Origin: Rhodothermales bacterium
GTDB lineage: Bacteria > Bacteroidota > Rhodothermia > Rhodothermales > VXPQ01
Assembly (NCBI GenBank): GCA_040904565.1
Contig: JBBDTI010000065.1
Span: 1-25,213, forward strand
Reading direction: 5' to 3'
Length of the DNA: 25,213 nucleotides
Both the position numbers and the translations under genes were made by a program. The notes beneath the pieces were generated by a model. It had not been told where the DNA came from. It was given only the letters and a program-made list of their open reading frames with translations, and did not search any database. Positions 1 through 6,470 of the stretch are shown here, piece by piece (the stretch's first letter is position 1; the number at the start of each line of letters is the position of its first letter).

Positions 1-368
1 GTGGAGATGGCGGGAATCGAACCCGCGTCCGAATGGACGCACTCACAAACCTCTACGTGCGTAGTCGGTCTTTTTATGCTCACCCACGTCAAGAGCCAAC
101 CGACTCAAGCCTGACGCTGGGCAAAGGCTGGTAGAGTTTCGCTATGACCTATTCAGCCGGTATGGTCATAACTAGTTCATCTAAGTCGATGCCTCAGTGC
201 AGGCCGATGAACGGGCACCACATGAGACAGATAGCAGCTTTACGCCGCCATCGCGTACGAGTAATCGTTCGCATTTACATGTTCCCAGCAGAGATTAACG
301 AGCTACGCTGAGAAGCTCGACACGCAGCTTGCAGCACGTTTGCCACCCGTCGAATCCTGGACATCCCC
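1..368 (-). ncRNA. ssrA: tmRNA (transfer-messenger RNA); the 3' CCA end is cut by, or lies at, the window edge
   Basis: The minus strand begins GGGGAUGUCCAGGAUUCGAC at 368 and ends GGACGCGGGUUCGAUUCCCGCCAUCUCCAC at 1. The acceptor stem GGGGAUG/CAUCUCC has the alanine G3-U70 pair and there is a UUCGAUU T-loop. An internal tag frame is present. Confidence 0.98.
240..272 (-). other. tmRNA proteolysis tag reading frame (A)ANDYSYAMAA*
   Basis: The minus strand reads GUAAAU then GCG AAC GAU UAC UCG UAC GCG AUG GCG GCG UAA. The C-terminal AA is typical of ClpXP-recognised tags. Confidence 0.93.
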
Positions 369-472
369 ATAATTTGAAAGAACTTGACGCGTCTCCGCGT
401 CGCACTATTTATCAACCTCACATCCGTTATGATGTTCCCTGTGAAGGGGGTCTGGGGGCGTTCTGCGGACCT

Positions 473-1096
473 CTACCGCAGCTCCGTTCCGTCCCGCTCG
501 AACGGCGTGCCGGCGAGCTCTAACCCGTGTTTTTTGAAGGCCTCGTTCAGTTCCGGGATGAAGCGTGACTCGATGCGGCCCGTCAGGTACATGATCTTGC
601 CCTTGTCGCCGATAAAGTACTTCCGATACGGATGTACGTAGAGGCGAACGTGGTCACGGCCGAGGGGTGTGACCTGGAGCGACGCCCCCACCCTATAAAT
701 TCCCCAGTTGGACAGTACACGCTCTTCCGTCTCAATGGCGTGGGGAAGATCGGTCGCCACGGTGTCCCATCCGGCATCGTCAAGCGCCGCAACGATTCGA
801 TCTCGTACCGAGGCCGACCTCGCGGAGGCGGTCTCCGTACCGCCTCCGGCATCATCCGTCGAATCACCGGTGGATGCTGAACCCGAGCCAGGCAGTGAAC
901 CCGCCAGTGAATCAGGCTGCGAATCCGCCGGTGACTCCGGCGCCGCATCCACGCTCGACACCGGCTTCTCGACGGAATCGGAGGCGGGCACCCTGTAGTC
1001 TCGATACAGCGGTGAGAGCGTGGGCGAGCACGCGGCCAGAAAAATCACTGCGGCGAGCGCCGCCACGATGCCGATGGTTGTGTCGCCTGGCTTCAT
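473..1096 (-). CDS. Hypothetical lipoprotein (207 aa) with a Ser/Asp/Ala/Gly/Pro-rich linker and a small alpha/beta C-terminal domain
   Basis: ATG at 1096 is preceded by AGGAGAGG. The signal peptide MKPGDTTIGIVAALAAVIFLAAC ends in the lipobox LAAC. The upstream extension to 1234 in the ORF track runs through hairpin/terminator sequence and is unlikely to be real. Confidence 0.85.
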   Translation of the reverse strand: MKPGDTTIGIVAALAAVIFLAACSPTLSPLYRDYRVPASDSVEKPVSSVDAAPESPADSQPDSLAGSLPGSGSASTGDSTDDAGGGTETASARSASVRDRIVAALDDAGWDTVATDLPHAIETEERVLSNWGIYRVGASLQVTPLGRDHVRLYVHPYRKYFIGDKGKIMYLTGRIESRFIPELNEAFKKHGLELAGTPFERDGTELR

Positions 1097-1194
1097 ATCC
1101 TCTCCTGATTGCAGCGTGACATTATCATTGTATCCCGGGGCCGACGATTCGTTCGCGCGACCAAATAAACACCCGCTGCGCCGCCGAACAAGGC

Positions 1195-1248
1195 AAAAAA
1201 CGGCATAAAATAGCCAGGCAGCGCGCTCACCCAAACACGCTGCCTGGC
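1195..1248 (-). terminator. Rho-independent terminator-like hairpin
   Basis: GCCAGGCAGCGUG-UUUGGGUGAG-CGCGCUGCCUGGC forms a 13-bp stem with one G-U pair, followed by UAUUUUAUGCCGUUUUUU on the minus strand. Confidence 0.65.
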
Positions 1249-1334
1249 ACTGCGGAGGTTATCCGCATGGGGCACGGCCTGGTTAGAAGTGAGCCGTGCC
1301 ATAGCTTCGGAAAAGGAGGCGTCCCGAAGCTACT
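1206..1334 (-). ncRNA. Putative small RNA with four stem-loops, two of them carrying anti-SD CCUCC motifs
   Basis: Adjacent hairpins at 1332-1302, 1300-1271, 1267-1251 and 1248-1213. The first and last stems extend by G-U pairs only on the minus strand. The last hairpin is followed by UAUUUUAU and then UUUUUU. A promoter-like element lies directly upstream. Confidence 0.6.
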
Positions 1335-1344
1335 TATTATATGT

Positions 1345-1361
1345 GACAATACCTGTGCCAA
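1345..1361 (-). promoter_or_regulatory. Sigma54 (RpoN)-like -24/-12 promoter element
   Basis: Minus strand TTGGCACAGGTATTGTC compared with the consensus YTGGCACGNNNNTTGC. GG-N10 spacing is exact, but -12 is GT rather than GC. The predicted +1 is 1334, two nt before the first hairpin. Confidence 0.55.
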
Positions 1362-1416
1362 CGTTTCCGGCTGCACGAAAAACAACTTGAACGCACGGTC
1401 ACTTGCCGGTATTGCT

Positions 1417-1446
1417 CGTAAGTGTTTGATTAATCAGACACTTACG
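1417..1446. promoter_or_regulatory. 30-bp near-perfect palindrome made of two inverted IHF-consensus sites
   Basis: CGTAAGTGTTTGATT|AATCAGACACTTACG has one mismatch. Each half matches WATCARNNNNTTR (AATCAAACACTTA on the minus strand, AATCAGACACTTA on the plus strand). Confidence 0.55.
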
Positions 1447-1701
1447 TACACTCTAGGGGTCACTGACGTGTCGCGCGAGACTCCGCTGCAGCATCTACGC
1501 AAATCAACCGTATAGGTCTCATCATCTACGGGCAGGTAGAATCTCTGTCCTCAATGACCCTTTGCACATATGTATATATGCATATGGGTTCGGTTGGATC
1601 CCATACATAAAGGGCACAAATAGGTGGGGATGGGGGAAGGGAACTCGACCGGCACTACGCCACGTGCTCGGTGACTGGAGCGCCGCGTACGTCACGAGGC
1701 A

Positions 1702-2502
1702 CTAGATCGCCATCGTTGCCGTACCGATGGTTTTCCGCAGGAAGCTGATCATGATCGGGTTGAACGTCTCGGGACGCTCGATCATGGGGGCGTGGCCGCA
1801 CTTATCGATCAAGTGCAGCTCGGAGTTCTCGATCCGCTCCCTAAATTCGTCCGCCACGTCAGGTGGGGTGATGAGGTCGTTACGTCCCCAGACGAGCAGC
1901 GTCGGGACGCGGATGTCGGAAAGGCGAGAGGCGACCGTTTCCTTCTTCGTCGAGCGGGCCATCTTGATCAGGCGAGCCACCCGCGCGCGATCGTTGATGA
2001 TGTCGACCATGTCGTCGACGAGCTCGTCGGTTACGTGCCGCGGTTCGAAGAACGTGACGGCGGCCCGCTCTCGGATGAACTCGCGGTCGCGGCGGCGCGG
2101 CGTCCCGGTCCCCATCTCCGCCTCATAGATGCCGGAAGATCCGGACAGGACCATGGCAGCCACGCGCTCGGGATAGGATAGCGCATAGAGGATGGCAACC
2201 TGCCCGCCGAGAGAATTACCGACGAGCGTGACGTTTTCGATGTCGAGATCGGTCAGAAACTCGTGCACGAAGTCCGAAAGTCCCTGCACGCTGGTCTGCT
2301 TCAGCGGCAGTCCGTAGACGGGAAGGACAGGCACTACGACCCGGTATCCGTTCACGGACAGATCGCCTATCGTCGCAGCCCAGTTGCTCAGGTCTCCCAA
2401 CATGCCGTGCAAAAGCACCACCGTGGGGAGATCCGTGGACGGGCCCTCGTCGATATATCGATAGGCCCCCGTTTGATGAATCTCGTACTGCGGTATCCGC
2501 AT
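1702..2502 (-). CDS. Alpha/beta fold hydrolase (Abhydrolase_1/MhpC-like)
   Basis: Oxyanion motif VLLHG, nucleophile elbow GNSLGG, acid region WGRNDLITP, catalytic His in CGHAPMIE. Confidence 0.95.
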   Translation of the reverse strand: MRIPQYEIHQTGAYRYIDEGPSTDLPTVVLLHGMLGDLSNWAATIGDLSVNGYRVVVPVLPVYGLPLKQTSVQGLSDFVHEFLTDLDIENVTLVGNSLGGQVAILYALSYPERVAAMVLSGSSGIYEAEMGTGTPRRRDREFIRERAAVTFFEPRHVTDELVDDMVDIINDRARVARLIKMARSTKKETVASRLSDIRVPTLLVWGRNDLITPPDVADEFRERIENSELHLIDKCGHAPMIERPETFNPIMISFLRKTIGTATMAI

Positions 2503-2773
2503 ACCCTAGACGTTGCGCGCGCTATTTACAAAAAACGTACGGCGGGACATGACTCCGAAGATACGTGGCGTCGTCGGCTAAAACCAATCTGCCTGGGTAT
2601 CCCGGTGAATCTCATCCTATATCCTACCGATCGTTCGACGATCGGCTCCATATGGACCGTGCAACGATTCTCGGATCGTCGCGACAAGGAAACACCGTTC
2701 AGATCCATCCGTTATTATGGTCTACGTTGGAGAATCAAACATATACCCTATATCCGACACGGAGGGAGTGCCT

Positions 2774-2869
2774 ATGCCATGCGGACGTAAGCGTAAGCGT
2801 CATAAGATTGCCACGCACAAGCGAAAGAAGCGACTTCGCAAGAATCGTCACAAGAAGAAGGTGAAATAA
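2774..2869 (+). CDS. Small basic ribosomal protein bS22-type (AURKAIP1/COX24, DUF1713 family), 31 aa
   Basis: Translates as MPCGRKRKRHKIATHKRKKRLRKNRHKKKVK*, matching the Bacteroidota MPSGKKRKRHK.ATHKRKKR.R.NRHKKK pattern. It has the SD GGAGGGAG 5 nt upstream and a terminator downstream. It is below the ORF-track size cutoff. Confidence 0.92.
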   Translation: MPCGRKRKRHKIATHKRKKRLRKNRHKKKVK

Positions 2870-2904
2870 GCGCCCTCTTCCCCGCAGGTTGGTTCCTGCA
2901 CATT

Positions 2905-2945
2905 AAGCTGCGGTCGGTTCTCCGGCGGTGGCTTTTTTTGTTTTT
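2905..2945 (+). terminator. Rho-independent terminator after the bS22 gene
   Basis: AAGCTGCGGTCGG-TTCT-CCGGCGGTGGCTT hairpin with G-U pairs on the plus strand, followed by TTTTTGTTTTT. Confidence 0.75.
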
Positions 2946-3206
2946 AATACATTCTTACGCGTAACGGCGCGGCAGGATGTCGTCCGTTACGTGCATTGCC
3001 TGTATCTTTAAGTGATATTTCATCGACTTGAAACACCTTGCTCGCGCCGGGCTCGCGGGATGGTAATGCACGATCCCGTCACGTAGCACGTTAGCAACGT
3101 AGACGTTGCCCGTCCGACTCGGAATGCAGGCACGCCGCGGCGCGCTCGGATGCGCTTCGTGGTACGAACGGTAATTCACCGCACATACATTCAGTGCGCA
3201 CGGCAC

Positions 3207-3542
3207 ATGAAAGATTACACTCTTGGAAGCGTCATACGAGCAGGGGCCTGGGGAATGATCGCAGGAGGAGTTACCGGTTTCGCGTTCGGACTCTTCCTCG
3301 CACCTGAAGAAGGCCAGAAGTTGCGGCGACGCGTCGCGTATCAACTCGAGCACGTAGCCGGACAGATCGGCGTGTTCGTCGAGCAGATCTCGAACCCGAA
3401 CGGTGACAGCGAGGCGCGCCGGACGGGCGATCAGCTTGTGGAGGACGCTCGAGCAAAAGCCCAAAAGATCCGCGACGACATCGACGCCCTCCTGGGCGAA
3501 GTGCGGAGCGGGGAGGCGTCCCGTTCCACCGATACGGAGTAA
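3207..3542 (+). CDS. YtxH domain-containing protein
   Basis: N-terminal Gly-rich hydrophobic helix followed by GLFLAPEEGQKLRRR (YtxH LLFAP.SG.E.R signature) and a helical C-terminus. Start reassigned to ATG 3207. Confidence 0.85.
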   Translation: MKDYTLGSVIRAGAWGMIAGGVTGFAFGLFLAPEEGQKLRRRVAYQLEHVAGQIGVFVEQISNPNGDSEARRTGDQLVEDARAKAQKIRDDIDALLGEVRSGEASRSTDTE

Positions 3543-3664
3543 CGACACCGGAACGCGATTCGAATCACGCCAGAGAGCGCGCCCGGTTGCTTCACCGGTA
3601 TTCGGTGCCGCGTCGCGGGCGTCTCATTTAATCGACCCATCACCCGGCCACAGCCGCCATACGT

Positions 3665-4498
3665 ATGCCGAACTTTTCGATTCTTCTTCCACCGTCTGAG
3701 ATCACCCAGGAAGGCGGAAATCCTTTCGCGCCGGATATGTTCGACTATCGTACGTCGAACACGTTCAATTATTTCAACGAGCTGAATTCCGAGCGCCGAA
3801 AGCTTATCTCTGCACTGGAGGCGGCCGTCGAAGACGGGGAGAATCTGGAGAAGGTGTTTGCCGTGAAGGGCGATGCCCTCGAAGCCGCCCTCGAGATCAA
3901 CGCGGAGATCTACAACGCGCCGTTGATGTCGGCCCTCGACCGGTTCAGTCCGGGCGTCATGTACGACGCGATGGATTTCCCCGGTTTGCCTACCGGTGCG
4001 CAGCGCCGGCTGCTGGAAAACGGAATTATCTTTTCCGGCCTATTCGGACTTCTTCGTCCGGATGATCTCATTCCGGACCACCGTCTTCCCATGAATGCCG
4101 TCGTGCCGGAAATCGGCAAGCTGTCCGATTTCTGGCGCCCGCTCATCAGCCCCGTCCTGAATAAGGAGCTGGACGGCGCGTTCGTGTGGAATTTCCTGCC
4201 CCCCGTCGAGATGTCGGCATGGAAGGACGACAAGTCGTACGACCGCATCATCCGCGTGACGTTCTACGAGCAGGAGGATGGGAAACGCACGAAAGTGAAG
4301 AAGAACATCCCCGTCCTCGAAGGGAAGCTCGTCAATTACATCGTCCGCGAGTCGCTCGAGGATCTGGAGCCGCTGCTCGAATGGACGCATCCGGACGGGT
4401 ATCAGTACGATCCGGATGCCACGGAGGAGGATGAAGAGAAGCAGACGATCGATCTGGTGCTCGTGAAGGGAGCCAACTTCCAGCGCGAGGTGGAATGA
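3665..4498 (+). CDS. yaaA: Peroxide stress protein YaaA (DUF328/UPF0246)
   Basis: N-terminal ILLPPSE, then ALDRFSPGVMYDAMD and IFSGLFGLLRPDDLIPDHRLPM, which are YaaA family motifs. Confidence 0.88.
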   Translation: MPNFSILLPPSEITQEGGNPFAPDMFDYRTSNTFNYFNELNSERRKLISALEAAVEDGENLEKVFAVKGDALEAALEINAEIYNAPLMSALDRFSPGVMYDAMDFPGLPTGAQRRLLENGIIFSGLFGLLRPDDLIPDHRLPMNAVVPEIGKLSDFWRPLISPVLNKELDGAFVWNFLPPVEMSAWKDDKSYDRIIRVTFYEQEDGKRTKVKKNIPVLEGKLVNYIVRESLEDLEPLLEWTHPDGYQYDPDATEEDEEKQTIDLVLVKGANFQREVE

Positions 4499-4537
4499 CT
4501 GTAAGGCGGTCTCCCCTAATTCGGTATCTTTCCTTTC

Positions 4538-5275
4538 TCAGCCGTTCAGGCTCATGAGGATGCGAACGCCGCGCAGTACGAGGTGGGCATCAGCGGCCTC
4601 GACGCCTTCGAGGTGGTCGCAGAGTATCCGGCTCCATCCGCCCGTCGCCACGACCACCGTCTCGCCGTCGAGTGTACGGCGAATACGGCGCAGGAGTCCC
4701 TGCACGCTGTCGATAAAACCGTACATCACCCCGGCCTGCATCGCCTCGACGGTAGACCGGCCGACCGGCGAATCCGGCACTTCGAGCGGCACGTCCGGCA
4801 GCTGGGCCGTCTCGCTGTGCAGTGCACGCTGCATGAGAGCGGGACCCGGGCCGATCGTTCCGCCGTGATACACCCCGTGCCGGTCGATCACCTCACAGGT
4901 AAAGGCCGTCCCAGCGTCGATCGCAACGACATTGCGTCCCTCGCCGCCATACAGTACCCACGCCGCCGCGGCGGCAGCGATACGATCGGTACCGAGCGTC
5001 TCAGGTGTGCGGTAGGCCATTTCGAAGGGGAGGTGCATCGTATGCCGCACCTCGGTCACATGCAGGTCCCGGGAGCTCAGGAGGCGGGAAAGCCGCTCGG
5101 CGCTGCCTGGTACGACGGAGGCGATTCCGGCACACTCGATCTCGCGGCCGTCCAATACGGTGTCGAGACGCTCCGCGGCGGCGTCGTGAGTAAGATCGAA
5201 CGTGCGATCCAGACGGCTCCCATCGAAGAGACCGCCCTTGATCGAGCTGTTGCCGACATCGAATACGAGCCACAT
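4538..5275 (-). CDS. coaX: Type III pantothenate kinase
   Basis: Motifs DVGNSSIKGG, LGTDR, IDAGTA, GGTIGPG and VATGG. Adjacent to birA. Confidence 0.96.
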   Translation of the reverse strand: MWLVFDVGNSSIKGGLFDGSRLDRTFDLTHDAAAERLDTVLDGREIECAGIASVVPGSAERLSRLLSSRDLHVTEVRHTMHLPFEMAYRTPETLGTDRIAAAAAAWVLYGGEGRNVVAIDAGTAFTCEVIDRHGVYHGGTIGPGPALMQRALHSETAQLPDVPLEVPDSPVGRSTVEAMQAGVMYGFIDSVQGLLRRIRRTLDGETVVVATGGWSRILCDHLEGVEAADAHLVLRGVRILMSLNG

Positions 5276-5391
5276 GGCGTCTATACGTGCATCTAATCGG
5301 TGTGCTGGGTGAGGTCAAGGGGTGCGCCGCCGTGCAGGGAGAGGGGTCCCTGCTTTGCAGGACGTGGCGTGCGTAGCGGTTATCTGGTTCC

Positions 5392-6276
5392 CTACGTCGA
5401 CCTGGTGACTTCTCCTGCATGGTACACCTTCATCCCCTCGTCCGTCGCGAGGATGAGTCCGCCGCTCTCGTGGAGCCCGGCCGCTACTCCGCGCATGGAT
5501 CCACCATGCCCGGCGGTGTCCCGAGCCGTGCCAGGCTGACCTACCCCACCCCCGGCGGCGCACTTTCCAGCGCTTTGTCCACCAAAGCGAAGCTCAATCG
5601 GTTCATTCAGGTCGCGCATGCGAGCCATATAGCGCCGCCGAAGACCACTGTCGCCGTCGGCCAGCTCGTCGAAGGCGTCCTCGAGTCGTCCAAGAAGGTC
5701 AGCGAGGAGGTCGGGGCGGCTCGCGGGACGGCCCGTCGTGAGAAGGAGCGACGTCGCTCGCTCCTCCAGATCCGGCGGAAAGGAGTCCTGGTTCACGTTC
5801 AGCCCGATGCCAAGGACGACGGCGCGAGACGCTTCCGTGTCGCTTCCAGAGCCACGCGTTTCGAGAAGCATTCCGCAGCACTTGCGGCCTTCCAGGAGTA
5901 CGTCGTTGGGCCACTTGATCTGCGAGCGTACGGGTTCGGTAACGGCGTCTACCGCTTCGGCGACGGCCACGCCCGCGGCGATGGTGATCATACCCCACCG
6001 GTCGGTTGGAAGGGAGGGCCGGAGGACGATGGAGAACGTCAAGTTTATCCCGCCCCGTGCAACCCACGGCCGGCCCATCCGCCCGCGCCCCTGCTTCTGG
6101 AGTTCCGCATAGACGACGGCGCCATCCGGCGCACCCTCCTCGGCCCATTTCAGTGCCAGTTCGTTCGTCGAGCCTACGACGTCGAACGCGCGTATCGCCC
6201 GCCCGATGCGATGCGTGTGGAGGCGCGAGGAGGCGCGGGCGACGAGATCGGCCGCCGCTCCGTTCGGGTGTGTCAT
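5392..6276 (-). CDS. birA: Biotin--[acetyl-CoA carboxylase] ligase, monofunctional (no N-terminal HTH)
   Basis: Motifs STN, AELQKQGRGRMGRPW, IKWPND, KCCGMLLE and LGIGLNV. An alternative TTG start lies at 6300. Confidence 0.95.
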   Translation of the reverse strand: MTHPNGAAADLVARASSRLHTHRIGRAIRAFDVVGSTNELALKWAEEGAPDGAVVYAELQKQGRGRMGRPWVARGGINLTFSIVLRPSLPTDRWGMITIAAGVAVAEAVDAVTEPVRSQIKWPNDVLLEGRKCCGMLLETRGSGSDTEASRAVVLGIGLNVNQDSFPPDLEERATSLLLTTGRPASRPDLLADLLGRLEDAFDELADGDSGLRRRYMARMRDLNEPIELRFGGQSAGKCAAGGGVGQPGTARDTAGHGGSMRGVAAGLHESGGLILATDEGMKVYHAGEVTRST

Positions 6277-6470
6277 CTTCTGGTCGGTACTGAATGCCAA
6301 AGTGAACGGTTAACGTGCCAAGATACGCCCACCAAGCTCCGTTCTGTAGTGCCTGCCGTCACGGGTCCGTGCGAGCATGCCTTCATTGGACTCAGGTGGA
6401 ACGATTCTTGACCGTGTTATTAATCTGGATGATGGATTGTTTTGATGATGTTGCCGAGAGGTTTGGGACG

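Noticed and set aside
421-434. CATCCGTTATGATG nearly identical to CATCCGTTATTATG at 2706-2719
   Set aside because: Opposite orientation relative to the downstream genes and only two copies; likely chance.
1251-1332. Plus-strand reading of the hairpins as a CsrA/RsmA-sponge RNA with GGA motifs
   Set aside because: G-U pairs, the U-tract and the promoter all favour the minus strand, and only one GGA would sit in a loop.
1267-1515. 82-aa plus-strand ORF in the structured intergenic region
   Set aside because: No recognisable protein features, atypical composition, and it runs across hairpins and palindromes better explained as non-coding elements.
6305-6321. TTGGCACG (sigma54 -24-like) upstream of birA on the minus strand
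   Set aside because: No TTG at the -12 position (reads TTGGCACGTTAACCG).
5419-6411. 330-aa ORF antisense to birA (and the 237-aa ORF antisense to coaX)
   Set aside because: Shadow ORFs; the opposite strand carries all the catalytic motifs.
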